Below, in pieces: positions 37,401-51,559 of a DNA stretch of 64,000 nt. The stretch's first letter is position 1. Every line of letters starts with the position of its first letter. This DNA is from Iphione sp. A-MEVVRFRX5. Taxonomy: Eukaryota. The position numbers were made by a program, and so were the translations under genes. The notes beneath the pieces were generated by a model. The model was not told where the DNA came from. It made no database searches and worked only from the letters and a program-made list of their open reading frames with translations. The DNA is taken from assembly GCA_976226885.1 (NCBI GenBank), contig OZ320316.1:77438001-77502000 (forward strand). The letters are read 5' to 3'.

Positions 37401-37549
37401 CTGGTATTAGGCGCTACTGATCTCAGAGGTTTGGCTAGGCAGTAGAGCTCGGGGGGCGGTGGAGGTAGCGGCCGGCAGCCAGACGGGTGGTCATGCAAGG
37501 TGATGAATGGAAGCTTCTGTGACATATCCACCCGCCCCGGAGAAGATTG

Positions 37550-39250
37550 CAGGGCGGCAAGCCTGGCTACAAACTTACCTGCTGAGAAAGCCGCTCTGCG
37601 ACTGATGCGCACGAAACGCCCTCTCATTGCTCGTAAGGTTTTGTCACACAGGCCCTGCTACCTCAGCGCGCGGTAATACCGCAACCGCTGCATAAAGTGA
37701 AAACTCTCCTCGATCCCCGACCGCATGTCCTCTCTTTTAATACCCAGAGACTGCAGCGGTATTTCAGGCAGTTCTAGCATGTTTCTTAGTATTCCAACAG
37801 GAGTTTCAGGATAATATTTACTGTGGGAAGAACAAGGAATGTTTAAGTGATGTAACACTGACAGCGGTCTCGTATTTTTTGCAGGTAATTACCCCCGTTC
37901 ATCGACATATTTTGGGTTGAGGCTAGGCCGGTGTAAGTAGTATATAATGTGGCATTTTAATCAGGCTGTTTTTAAAATTCAGGAATGGAATTGAAATTGT
38001 TTCTGTTTTGGAAGAAGGAACTTCGCATATGGATGCATGAATTATATTCCGTCCAATTGTCCTTATTTGAAGTGTAATCTGATTAGAGACAACCTGTGTC
38101 CCGGTTAACTGGCCTATATCATAAACATGGTTTCCTAACAACTGGCCCATTTGTTCGTGTGTATACCGGTGATTTATACATTGTTTATTGCCCGAGTAGC
38201 CTACAGAAGCTTTCGAAAACATATGTGACTTTCTGATATTTGTACTATTAGATTATCCTTCTCGGTAGAGACATCCCCGAGGACACTCGAGTATATATTT
38301 CATAGCCATTGATGAATTGTACACGGTACACCTTGCTGTCAATGTGCCTGGTTGAAAACCTTAAGCGAAATCAACTTTGTCATATGCTGTTTATGTATAT
38401 TGATCTATAGGTAAGTGAAATCCTTTAGAAATCTGACGTAGCGCGATACATTTTGAAATATACATTGGCTTATTACCGTAGCGCATGGCTGGTGTTTACA
38501 GCCCGTGTGAACTTTGGACATATTGATCTCCGAGTACAAATGTACCGTTGCATGAATTCAGCCATCACGACGGCCAAAAGACGTACGCAAACACGATGCA
38601 AGACGTTAGAATTGTGCTAGGCGTGCGGAGGTTTAGGGTTACAGTAATGCACAATCTTCCATTAAGTCCGACGGCCACTGAATGACAGGGCAGCACTATT
38701 ATTTATTCGTTATGCTCACATGCCGCTAACGCATGGTTAGTCTTTCGGACCAAATAATCAACAGGTACAATTCTAGTTGGTCTTTATGTAAAACAATTGC
38801 TAATTTGGCAAGAAAATCCTTCAAAGGAATACAGAATTTTAGAGATACTATTATGATGGAAACTCCGCCTCTGGGCTATACTTTGATGTTCCTATGCGCA
38901 GTTATATACAATATATGGCAAACCACAGGGCAACTTGATTGAAGCAGGGGTTAGCAGTATTTAACATAAACCTACAATTTGTATTGAAAATCTGTCGACT
39001 CTAATGGAGGTAAATCGATGCGAACTGTGAGCAATGTTTGAACATATAGCAGAAATACGGTGTCACTTTGCGTGATGCCCTCTTGATGGGCTACGTGACA
39101 TGGAGAATTTGGAAGTGTATACAAGAGGAAATCATAAAAGACTATACACATCAACAAACAGGCCTTATTGAGGTCCTTTTATCTTTCAAAGAAAATAAGT
39201 TTTTACGAAATCCGGAAAGAATATCGCAAAAACGAAAACAACTATTCTAA
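37550..39250 (+). pseudogene. Penelope-like RT relic
   Basis: TNLPAEKAALRLMR (cf. NLxxxExxALxxL), TYFGL, FRPIV, LVFM*NNC*FG (cf. LxxNxFxF) and WR*IDA (cf. WRYIDD), in order with interruptions. Confidence 0.55.
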
Positions 39251-39589
39251 TGGTAAAATAATTTGAGGTCGCGTGTTTCCGAGCGTAAAATAGTGAAACT
39301 GCCTAAAACGAATTGAAATAGCAAATTACGCACAATCATATTACATACACTCGTAACTTCCATTTTGTATCTAAATCAAACAATGTACCACGTTGTTCTT
39401 TTTACAAAAATGTAATCAATCCTTGCGTTTTTACTTGTATATCATCGGCAGATATATGATATATGTGTACCTACTCATGAATAAACGGGATTGACAAGTT
39501 TTGTTTTTAGTGAAGTATTAATCTAGCGAAACAGGCAGCGAGTGACAAGGTCACTTTCTTTGTTGTATCCGTATAGGAAAGTAATTAGT

Positions 39590-39760
39590 AACAGGAAACG
39601 CGTATATGTACCAAGGACAAAAGGAACTCTGGAGAAAGATCATTCACTCCAGCAGCAAAACGATAGACAGCTTTACCATTCTCTATATGCGGGTAGATAA
39701 TCAGAGAGAGCATTTTTGTTTGAGTAGTCTTTTTTATTGGAAGGGATCTTATTCGACAAT
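39590..39760 (+). pseudogene. L2/CR1 ORF2 C-terminal fragment
   Basis: GERSFTPAAKR*TALPFSI (cf. GxRSFxxAAPxLWNxLPxxI). Confidence 0.4.
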
Positions 39761-40739
39761 GCCGATTCAATAATCGAACAGAGATCAAGTTTTAGATAAC
39801 GTCGCCATTATTGGTACATGTCTTTAAGAATTTCTTTATTTTCTCAATATCCAAATGGGAGTTTTAGACTAGACCCTGGAGATAGTCTCTCATTTAACAA
39901 ATGGCACTGCTGATTTATGCTTGATGTTTGTCACGATCATTAAACAATATGGTACATAGTAGAATAGTCATAGAGCAGCCCTTTGTGGAATTGATAGAAC
40001 GACACAAGTGGTCAAAAACATACATTTCCTAAACCGATGACTGTATGATGCCTATATGTATGTGTTAGAGTGAGTGGTTGTATATATAAAATATATATAT
40101 ATTAATGTGAGGAAGCAGTATTGTCTATATGTATGTAAATATGAGTGACTAAATAGACCTGTAGGCCAATGTGAGAAACATTACCCCTGTGTGTGAGCAC
40201 CTTTTTGGCAGTGTTACAAGTGAGTGGGGACACTCCCTGAATGTGAACATGTTCACTGGGAACCATGGGTGTTACTATTGGTATGAATGTGCGCTTTAAT
40301 GTGCGTGTGAGTGTCTGCCTTTGTGTAAATTTGGGTGCATATGCATTCTCACATGTATACATAGCAGTCTGTATAATTATGGTTCTTAGTGACCGTGTAT
40401 ATCTGCCTGGATGAACGTATCTATGCCTATGCGACTGTGAGTCATTATGTATGTTTGCTTCAGTGTGAATCAATGTATTCAAACAAATGTGATTACAATG
40501 TATATTGCATATTAAGCATACTCAGCATCATTTTAAGGAGAGTTTTGCTCATTTGGGCTTTAACCCACGACCATTGTTTTTAAATGTTCATCCACACATA
40601 TGCAGGCACATGTGTATGTAAATCTCGTGAATGTAAGCATGTACTCTGTATATGTGTGTACAATAGTACATCACAACTAAGTACACCGACGGTTTCCAGT
40701 TAAAATTCAGAGGGTCTGGCCTGTAGTACGTGTTCCCTG

Positions 40740-40790
40740 TCTGGGGGTGTACCCTGTCTCGAAAGTTTCAAGTGATGAGGTTCTACTGTA
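40740..40790. mobile_element. Orphan pogo/Tigger-like right terminus
   Basis: GAGGTTCTACTG|TA is the reverse complement of TA|CAGTAGAACCTC. No matching left TIR found nearby. Confidence 0.35.
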
Positions 40791-41140
40791 TGTCTGTATA
40801 TGAGACACAGCAGGTAAAAATAGCAAACGCTTCAAGTATGAAAACTAGTTTTAGGAATCATCGACTGTAAAATATATGTAAATACTCCACCTAGATCCTA
40901 AGATATTTCGGTCAAAATTTGCCATAACTACTCGCTCAAAACGATGGAATTGGCCTGAAATTTCCTCATTGACTTTCTATAATGCTAAACATTTGATTGC
41001 TAGATTGTATAGATTAAACATATATTTCAATTATTTCACAGGATTAGCTATAAGAAAGATATTTTTAAGATTTAATTTCTTGAAAGGCAATCTGTCTGAT
41101 TTTGATATTAGATACATATTTGATATAATCTTTGATCGCT

Positions 41141-41154
41141 GTTGCTATGGTAAC
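41141..41154. promoter_or_regulatory. RFX X-box-like palindrome
   Basis: GTTGCTATGGTAAC matches the RFX consensus GTYRCCATGGYAAC with one change. It lies in AT-rich, probably repeat-derived DNA. Confidence 0.25.
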
Positions 41155-42294
41155 CTATCCTATGTCAGTATATAAATAAAGTCATTTACATATTTAGTCA
41201 AACAAGTCAAATTAACTCATGAGAGAAAAGATATAAAAAAATAAGTGGTGCAACAGATTCTCTATAAAAGAATATACGAAAAGGCGTTTCCACGACTGAA
41301 TTTTCACTTTTTTCAAAAAGCTTCCATAATGCTTATTTAGCATTTTAGCCTAAATTATTTGATAATCCTATTTCACATGATGTGCTTCATGTCTTGTAGC
41401 ACTGTATGTTTTTTGTGTATATTTTAGCGATGCTATGAATGTGCATGTGTCTATATGTGTTTGTTTATACGAGAATCTGTAATTAACCTGTCACCGAACT
41501 GTAACACTGCTACAATGGATTGTTTTTTGCCTTTTGTGACATCATAATAGAGATTCTGCCAATAACAACATGTAATTTCGTGACACATTTGGAAAAACGC
41601 GTGAAAAATTGCACTATTACAGCTGTAGTAGGTTAATTGTCTTCATACTGAAGCGTCTTGTGAAAATCTGTGAGTTAATGTAAAACAGTCTGCGGCTATC
41701 CACTCATACGGTCTTTGCCTTTCCTATAATTTGTAGGGGAACACGGTTCAGGGCATACACCATCCTCCTTATATTGAGTTCAGCTGGTTTCCAGGGGCAA
41801 TGGGTAACTCAGCGCCCTATGGGCAGTAGGTCAGTGCATGCAACATCTAAGTTATTTTACACTGGCATGACACAGCAGCATTTCATTCTCATGTACATGA
41901 AAACGATGGTTTTGCAGAACTCGCGTCATATTCATAGTCACTGACGTCTGTCTTCATTATATTCAAGCGCAAGCGTGAAGTCCTAATGAAGTAAATTTTG
42001 AGAGCTTGCACTCAAAAGCGTATTACCTGAGTTCATACTTTAATGATTAACCAAATATCTGTTGGCTCATGCTAATGACCACCTAGGCGCTTACTGTGCT
42101 GCATCGCAGAGCTCCTATGTGTATGGCATGCTACTGCATGGTATTGCATGCAATTATTTTACCCTGTAGTTCGCACCTCAAGCAGATCCGTCTTGTATTA
42201 CCATCTATGCAATTATCGATTGAGGGGATTTGTGCTTTAGTGAACGGAAGACCACGCTCCCCAAAGTTAGCGGTCGCTGCACGAAAGAGAAGTA

Positions 42295-42367
42295 GGGGAG
42301 GAGACGGAGGTAGAAGGGGAGGAGCAGGAGGAGTAGGAGGAGGAGGAGGTGGAGGAGGAGGAGGAGG
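42295..42367. repeat. (GGA)n purine-rich repeat
   Basis: ggaggagcaggaggagtaggaggaggaggaggtggaggaggaggaggagg. Confidence 0.95.
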
Positions 42368-42639
42368 CTGGGAGTATTGATCGGTTTGTATAAAACGCGG
42401 CTGGGCCAGAGGAGCTGGGAACAACTCGGCGCCGGGCGCCAGTCAGAGGCCCGCCGCCCTCTTGCTTAGAGGTTGGAGGACGTGCCGCAAGCGCCACGCC
42501 TTCGTCCAGACGCTAAAGCTGCACCATCAGCGCTACGGCCATAGCGAGCACCACCATCGCTAGCGTCACCACGGCAAGCATCATCAACCGCACGAGGCGG
42601 CAACGCCGCGGTGGCTTCCCGCAGACCGACAACAGCGCA

Positions 42640-44650
42640 AGTCCCAGCAAGTGGTAATAAGACTGCCGCCTCTCGCCTCTCCCAACGCTGGAGGCGGTCC
42701 TCTAAACTTGCCCTTCTGCTTGCTTCCCTAGGCTCTGCTCCAGCACATAACAGCGAAAGGTGGAGCAGTTGACCACCAGTACCCGAACTGGTCGACAGGT
42801 CGTCTCGATGAACGCTCCCTCTTTCAATTTCATCGCGGATGACAGAAACCTCCACGGACAAAAATATACCTAGGCGGAACTCTTGGCAATAGGGACCCTC
42901 TGCCGGGGGACGGTCAAGCCAGGCACACGGACATGTCAATACTCCATTGATTTCTGGATACCACCGTGCTCCCTTTCCAACGCCCTGTTTTGCCAAAATC
43001 TGATGGCAACCACCGGGGACAAACTGCCCCGACTTCCGAGCCTGATACTTTGCTGAAGTTCGCCACAGTGCTGTCCGTTTATCACTGCGGGTGCAGGTGT
43101 GTGCACGTGCTTGTTGCCACCAGGGCTCCTGTCCCACTGAACCCTCTCCGAGCACGCGAGACCGAACTGTTATCGTTTGTGTCAGGCCACTGGAATATCA
43201 ATATATAAAAGGAGGCGACACTTGGAGCCATCAGACTGACAACTACACAGTCATAACGCGCCGTGTAACTGACATGGAGTTGTCACCATCGCCTGTTCGC
43301 GGCCACTGGTTGGCGCGCACGCTTGGATTCATGTGGCTCTACCAGGCGGTGTGTTTTCACCTCGGAGTTACGTCTAAGAGGAACGGTAAGTACGTGTAGG
43401 CGTATACAGGTACTTTCGCTCCAGCCGCCGACCCAGGCACTTTTCACCGTGCTGATTGGGCGTGGGCAAGCGGCGAAGTGGCGTGGGTTAGAGCGTGGCG
43501 GGCTGAGCATGCCCGCCAGGGGTGCTGTCGCCGTTGTACTCGGCGCGTCGTCCATCACAGCCGATCGGTGGTACGAGAAACGAGCTGTCTCCTGCGAGCT
43601 TCCTCGACCGGCGTCAGAGCGTCGCGTCCCGTATACTTATCGATGACGGACTAATGGCCCCACACTGAATCCTCTGTCTTTTCCCCTCCTCTTCTTTTTT
43701 CTTGCTGCATGTTCTGTAAGACAGTGATATACTGTCGCCACCTAAGGACCATTAACTGTCACCTTGGTGTCCACGGTGGTTAGCGTAAATGGACTTTGAA
43801 AAATAGATCGCTCGTACCCGCCGCTCCGCAGAGGAGATCCGTACCGGTTCACTTCCATCTGACTTAGTGTACCATATTTAAACATATATCAGCTGACATA
43901 TATGAGTGACAGTTGAGATCAATTTATACGTTTATCGTTTTCTATGTTCACTATTATAGTGGGTGGTTTGTATGAACTTTACCAATTATTTGTTGTTTAT
44001 TCACAAGTGTAGCGTGTCCCTGCCACTGCAGCCGCCATCTTGCCTCCAGTATACACCCACACAAAACCAAAAGTTAATATACTTAGATCGGATTGTGAAC
44101 TTTCAGCAATATTGATAGAGCTTAATTGCATCCTGCTCTTATGCACTGTTGGTATGTCCACTTCCGGAGGCATCTACTTGACACACATTACCTGCCGATG
44201 TCGATAGCTTATGACGCAGCACGACGCCAATCGAAGTGTTCTGGTTTCAAAGTAGCAGGCTGTTGGTGGTCTAATCATCCCCGCACCGCATGCTTGTTTC
44301 CCCGCCCCCTCTGTGGTTCCGCCCATGCGAGCAGGCCTGTGGCCCCTGTTATGAACGGTAATCAGCACTTGGTAGGCGGCGTCTTTGTAGCTGTCAGCCT
44401 TGATTACCGATAGATATTGACAGGTGACGGTCACATTAGGGCCCCTCAACGCAGCGTTTCCGGTTGGTCGTTAGCTTCAAGTTCGTCGGTGCGCTCCCGG
44501 GCCGAGCAGTTTGTTCTGGGTCAACGAACGTCACGCGTGCTGCATTACCTATGCATTAAAGGCCGGCCTTTCACATTTACAAGGATCAGGTGTAGGACCC
44601 GCAGGCTACTCGCTCGGTCGTAGTCCCACTCGGCCATTCCGACCCTGAGC
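42640..44650 (+). pseudogene. Decayed Ty3/Gypsy pol relic (RT-RNase H-IN)
   Basis: SPLPTLEAVL..CFPRL..QLTTSTRTG..SMNAP, FIADD, RTCQYSIDFW and PLNPL (RT); LARTL, TQALFTVL..AAKW and GASSITAD (RNase H); GCWWSN..C..., VAVSLDY and HIYKDQ (IN). AT-rich interruption at 43660-44120. Confidence 0.6.
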
Positions 44651-47600
44651 TACCATCCCTCACTCCCCCGTCGATAGCCACTTCTGCCTTTCGCTCACTT
44701 CTTCTCCCTTGTGAACCCTGACGGTCCAGTTTTGTTCATGCTTAAAGAATAGCCATCAGTTAAAAGGATTGAAAGGGAACAATTGCTCCACCAGAGTCTG
44801 GTGTTGGTGTTGTTTTAGGAAAACTGTCCATGTTATGTCGCTGATACTGGCACATTTAAGGCTTTATGTTGTAAGTTTGACTTCTTTTTGCTAGATGGAC
44901 AAAGCTACAGTGTCTATGAATACAGCTCAAACAGCATGCATTGCTTCAATGAAAAATGGTCACGCTCCTTACATTAAAAAAGGGATGAAATATCACACGA
45001 CTTACTGGTTTAGCATGAGAATTTCTCTCTGATGCATCACGGCGATTCTTTGCATGGAAATGTAATTTCTGCCTGCCGGGTGTTATGGAAATAAGATTTG
45101 AGTGTGCGGTTCCATATTCATACTTGAAACACAATAATCTAAGGAACAGACCACAAATAGTGGAATGGTATCTCGAGAAAACAATGCATATATTTTCATT
45201 TGATTCTGGCCGTACATCTCATTTACTCTAACGTGCCGTGAAAATGTTAAGGTGGATTTCGGTGCCTCTTGAATAGGACATTGTTCGTGTTAAATCAAAT
45301 TTGTAAGAGGGACGTGTGGTACATTAGCACCGACGGCCTGGGGCTCTATCGATGAGGGCTGAGGAGAAGCTTGCGGCAAACTGGGCGAGCAGCTTGGGCT
45401 GTGTGGCCTGTCACGGTCTACAGGGACAAGTAGCTCGCTAATGATCACGGTGAGTCAAAGGTTATCTACTCCTACCTCTGTGCACGTCTGCTCATTGATG
45501 GAGCAGTCTTTTCACACAAAACCCAGTTCCCAACCTACCGCCGCATATTAAGACTCTGTCATCCAAGAGCGACTGCGGCAGAAGAAAAGTCGAAGCAAAT
45601 TGGAATAAAGCTGGAGGGACCTAGGGGAGGGGGGCAGTGGTTAAGGCACGAGATAATGAGAAAATTAACTTTACTATGCGGCGATGAGTCATGCATCGGA
45701 AATCACCATCCTCTGCTGAGCCGAGAAAAGCAGCTTTTTTCGGTGCCTCTGGCCCTTCTCTTCTGATGCCAAGAATCAACACCACACACCGAGGGGATTT
45801 TTATTTGAACGCAACGAGACCTGAAATGACCAATTTGTTAGCATCCGACCAGCCCTGTGGACTGCAACGCTATACCCAAGAGCCAATGAGACGAAAGCCA
45901 GATCTGGCGTGTCCCCTCCGCGCGTGAGCATACGCAATCCCTTGATGCTGAATCAATTAAAATTAATCACAATAGGTGGCTATTTCATTGGTTGAGTGAG
46001 GAGAACCAAATCCGTCTATTTCCATATTTATTAATCGGTTTGGGAATAGGACGAACTAGCATGTAATTTCAAAGCTGTCACAAGTTTTGATTATGGTTAA
46101 ATCTGGGCGACATTGGAATGCGATAGCTTATCAGTCTCCACGACGCCTGGTTATCTTCACCGCACACATATAGCAATAACAGAGGATCCGTAGGTATTAG
46201 AAGCCATGTCACCCTATCTATATAAAGTAGCCAACTTGAGTCCTGCTCCCCTACACCCATGGACATCAATCGCACAGGCTAAGTCTTCTGGTGCGCGCCC
46301 GCCACCCGGGCGACGTATCGGAACATCCGCGGTATTATTGATACAGCTTATTTGGACTCTTTCACCCCCTAAAAGATGGAGTAGTAGGGAGAGGGAGGGC
46401 CCATCTGGCTGCGACCCGCCAGTTCTGGGACCCGGCGTTATCTAGGAAACGGTGCTCCAGTCTCATGGGAAAAATATCAGGCCCTGCCGAAAGCCATCTT
46501 GGCGGCGCTATATGTATATTGAGGTGATCACCGCACGCGCACTCCGCGCGCCACCTCAGGCGCCGATATCCAGTTTCTGACTTCTCCAGCGTGGTCAGGC
46601 GTCGGTCGCCCGGATAGTATTGACCGGCACTGAGATTCTGCAGTTGTTGGCTCGCCTCCTCCTGGAGAATCTGGACCCCGCCGTAGGCAAGTGGTCCATG
46701 GGGATGTCTCCAAACGTATGGCCGGGGTGACAGTCATTATTACGACCACTTCCATAGGGCTGATATGTGGAAGGATAGTTTCAAAATCATTTTCTAAACA
46801 ATACGCATACTGACATCGATTTATACATCATCGTATATCCCAATTTTCAAATGTTACCTGGAGTGTTTCACTGTATGTATCAGATTAATTGCTTTGAATG
46901 TGCTCATGTGCCATTTCGCCTTGTTGCTGCTTGTCTCGGGACTTCAGACTGACTGTCACCTTAAAACCATCATCACGTGTCTGCTTACAATAGCAAGGTC
47001 GTACGAATCTCTTTATGAAAAGTCTTCTTCTAAATTGAGTTTCCTTTTTGGAATATAGTAGCATTCATGTAAGTCTGTGAAGTATGTATTGGTTTTAGGC
47101 TACATTCTTTTGTCTTGTACGTGTATTTACTTTTCGCTTTTCCTCAAAACAACCCCAGCGTGTTGTTTTCGTTTAGAAAAGACAGAACGCAGTAATCTGA
47201 CTTTAAAGGTTCCTTTGCAGGTTCCATGGGCAGTATAACTATAGATATTTAAAACATTTTTCAGCAAAAAAAGTGTAAAGTCTAACCTTCCCCTTTCTCT
47301 TTGCACTGCCTACAGTTTCCGCACTTTCCCGGGAACCAGTTTTACCCAATTTTAAGGCGGTATTTTATTTTACGTACAATGTAACTTTTTTGTTATGCAG
47401 ATTTGAATAAAGACTCCTTTCAAAAATGAAAACAAGGTCCTGACCTGGCAACTCTTCACAGTGTATCATCGATGCCACCAGTTTCACCTGTCTTATATTT
47501 TGCGTTGTAATGGTTATTAGATAATCCACCGAAGGCAGTATATCCGTGTAAACAACCTGATTGCGAAAAATATGTACATGCAATTTCGATATCACTAATT

Positions 47601-47879
47601 CTATTCAGTTTTGTTGACAGAACAAATAGACGTATATAGGTTTCTGTAGAACGATGAGCTACAGCTAGGTCCTTGTGGTTCCTTGTTGGTGCAGCACTTT
47701 CAAAAACGGAAATGGTTCAATGTTAGAAAAAAGTGAAGGGAAGGTGCTTACAGACCCATTGCATATTAACGAGACGTTGAAGCCGTGTAATCCACCTGAA
47801 ATATCAGAACTCATCTATTAGCTAATAGTTGCAGGAAATCCCCACTATAGATTTACTGCCTTTTTTTTACACATTTAAC

Positions 47880-49300
47880 TCACATTTCTGTGGAACCTCA
47901 CTCCATCATCATTCTTTCCTGCTTTCGCTGCTGTATGGAGGAAACAGGTAGAAGGAGGACCGTAAACTTGAATGTAGAATCGAGTGCAGTATTTTAGGTT
48001 AAGTAGATATAATTCTACTGAAAAGGCTATCATTTTCCAATCAGGATATTTGCATATCTCCAAAATATAAAAGTAACAGCTTTTAAATTCACCACTGAAT
48101 GCTTGATATTGCTGTTTGTTAGTAAAAACGGCGGGCCAAATTATTCTGAATCTAAAATTCACATATCTGCATGGGCAGTATAGGCAAAGTAGTCATAACT
48201 TTGTAGTCGAGTGTACATTTCCTCAAGAAAGCCTGTCCTGAGTCTCTTTAACATGTTCTCTATTCCTCTGCCCCCCACATATGGGATGGTTAGTCCTTCT
48301 TCCTCCGTACTATTGTCATCTTCCTTGTAATAACCAGACATTACTACTCCCACTTCCCGTCTGGCGAATGATAGGAAGGGAAGTCATTGTCCACAAGCTC
48401 GTATTCATCAGGTGCCAGTGGTTCTTGCATCGTATAGATCCAATGAGGTTTGCTTATGATGTCACATAGAGGCGTATCATTCTCCTTGTGTTCTGTACAG
48501 ATAGAAACCTCCTCAAAACACCTTTGAAGTGTGTTTTACTTTACTCCCTAAATAGCCCAAAATATCAAATTGTTGGCCAACGAGATGCCAACTGACGGCT
48601 CTATGGATGGGATCGGCATTCTCAGTAACCGTGTCGCAGGCATACTGCAATTGGCATTGCCTGTATTGTAGTCTCGCCCTCTGGATCTTCTGATTGATTG
48701 GATGCAATACTGATGTGTCATTACCAGGTAAATTGCAGTGGAAATTATAAGGTTTGGAGGACGAATTCTAATATAAATAAAGCGATTCGATTACCTCCAG
48801 GAACTTTAAGCCTCTCAAACATCTTAAACCAAATACATGTATTATTAAGGACATAATTGACTCAGAAAGAAATTTGATAATCCAGGAGTCAAGACACTTC
48901 CATTAAAATAACTTATAGTTTGCCTCTTCACTTCAGTTTCTTGCAGACTTAGGTTCTGCACAACCCAGAGGCAATGCGTCTATTAGTTTGTGGTAGATTT
49001 CCATATTTGGTTGGATGATAAATACCCCTTGTACATAGTCAAACGAATTCTTTTCGGGACCATTATGTCAATGGTTAGTTTTTCGGATCCATACACATAT
49101 AGTATTGTCTAAATGACTAAATAGATTTGGGCCCTTAATGTGTCTATATTCGCAATTATTCTCAAACTCTTCTTAGTGGATTGCATCAGTACAGTGACTT
49201 GGTACGCGTGTATGGGAGATGTCCATCGTAACGTGTGGCAGTTGTAAAGCGTGTATTGGCCAAGCTTTGGTGAGTACATTTTAACATTTTTTGACGAAAA
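47880..49300 (-). pseudogene. Penelope-like RT/GIY-YIG relic
   Basis: Minus strand, in order: NMEIY..LID, IIKFLSE, KFLEV, SVLHPINQK, CLRHGY, LTIPYVGG..IENMLKRL (cf. LPYIxGxSExIxRxL), LARRF..TAI, YPDWK. Confidence 0.55.
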
Positions 49301-51559
49301 CAGATACATGTATTATTTATTATTCTCGCATAATCAAAGAATAGCGAGTTTGTTCAACTTATTCGTAGGTTAATCATTTCATTCTTATATGTATTGGTTA
49401 CAGATAAGAGCCTTTTGCTAGTAAGCAGCTGCCCGTAACTCAGGCTCCATTAAATGTATACATGTACAGGTGTCCATGTGCATCCTGTCTGTTTTACTTC
49501 TTGCGTGCAATTTCCCATGCGCCCTGAATGTAATATTTTGGCTTCAGATACTACAGTTACATTCTAACTTTCATTCTTTTTCTACTGAAACACACACAGG
49601 AAGACTTCCTGTTAAGCACGATCCACTTTTTTATTAAATACGAAGTGTGGTATCAATTTGGGACTACGTGCAAAATATCTTGACAAATCTACACAAGCAT
49701 GCTATGTTAAAGGGTCGCACATAATTTTGGGGGGGTTTATCCACAGAAAAACTGCATTTTTCGTGAAATCTACATTTATGTTGCTTACTTCATATATTCC
49801 AGACGGATGCATCTGTGTCAGTTAGATTTAACATGTGCCAAATGGCTCTGAATACCTTGATCTATATTTTTGATATCAAATCACTGTATCCCCATATGTG
49901 TGTTTCCAGGGGGTCATTGGAGCAGTAGTCCTCCAGTAGTCTTGCCATATGCAAGGTGGCAAGCGAGAGATGCTGTAGTAGCCAGTGATCTACCGAAAAG
50001 GGGCTAACAAAACCATCCCTCTCTCCCTAGAAAAAGTTGTTGACGAAACGCAGAACCGAAAGCATATATCACTGTCAACCTTGAACCGAGCGCCGGTCTC
50101 CCTACCATGCGGCGGTTTGGGAGGATGCTGATGGGCAGGCGGGTGCCCCAACAATGGGGTCATAGCACGCCCCCATAATGTTTCCAAGCCGTGATGGAGC
50201 CAGGGATGACGAGGTGAAGGTTAGAGAAACAAGCCATTACTCTCGTCTGGGCGGTCCAATGAGGCCCGTCGCTCCTTTCCCTCTGCTCTAAACCCACGGC
50301 TTCGCCCTACCCGCTAGGCCCTACGGACTAGTCGCCCTGCTTACCAACCGGAGACAACATCCAGAAGACGTTGAATTGAATTAATCGAAAACGTGATCGG
50401 CGCTTGCTGAGAATGTTTGATGTTCTGCACCACCACAGGGACTTCTAGATGACGCTAAGTGACTGTCGGGGAGAGAAAGAGCGAAAGACAGGGACAGTCG
50501 ATGCTATTTAAAGGACGTGAAAACATGCAGTTAAGATGCTTTCATCAACAGATTCAAATGGCCATTGTAATGGACTCATCCCGTTTTCATGCGAGTGGTA
50601 GGTTAAATATTACGCTATGATGTCTTTCAAAAAAGAGCTGGTGCCTCTTAAAGATATTATTTTTCTCTTGACGAAACCGAGTGAGCCAATGATACATCTT
50701 GAAAGGCAACGTGTGTAAGGAAACATTCTCAAGCCACGTTCGGTTTAGGCGAGGCGGAGCGTTACGGGGATTCTGCTGTCTTGCGACCCTTATCGTCCCG
50801 TATCTCTTCCAGCTCCATCCATCCTGCAGAAAGCAAACGCCCCATGTAAGCCAGCGTCACTTAGCCCCCATTGCCAAACCATAACGAACAGTGGAAGGCT
50901 AATTTTCGCATACTTCAGAGGGCATTACCCTTCATAACAAGTGACATTCATCATCGGCAAATACGCCGATGCTCGCTACATCACTGTACGGTTTACGTAA
51001 GTCAAGTCGACCCATCTCGCCAGACCTGAAGGTAGGCGAGTCCTGTGGCTTCCCTGTTCCGCCTCGGCAGCTTCCTCGAAAAAAAAAAACACCGCAGCGC
51101 ACCCGTCGGGATAGGCTATTGTGGTATGAGCTATTTGTGTCACAGTGAAGGCCTGCACAGTAAAAGGCACCATGGCCAATTGTACATATACACCACATTT
51201 ATCAGGCCAACCGAGGGACGTCAAATAGTCGAAGTTCAATAGATAGCAGTAACAGATCCACCAAATCATCGTGGTTTTTCAATAGAGTCAGCTTTGTTGT
51301 TCAAATACTGAAGGAAATCGATTCTGATTGAATGTTAATACTAGATGAAATAGTTTCATTATTATTGAAATGGGAGTGATCGGGGGAAATGCAAAACCGA
51401 GGCAATAGGAAGGGGTTACCCATATAAGCATCGGCCTTAGGTAAGATAATACCATTCGTCTTGGATATTACATATGACAATGTATCGAGTTAATTCGAAG
51501 ACTCAGTGTGTCAAATGAATTGCTAGTGGAAATGAAGGAACGTGTATAATGAAATTCCT

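Noticed and set aside
42466-43155. 229-aa minus-strand ORF
   Set aside because: It is a GC-rich antisense frame of the plus-strand Gypsy RT relic with no recognisable domain.
45440-45620. TYRRILRLCHPRATAAEEKSKQI resembles a J-domain
   Set aside because: HPD is absent, and the preceding SKVIYSYLCA fits a PLE GIY-YIG fragment at least as well. Neither reading can be supported.
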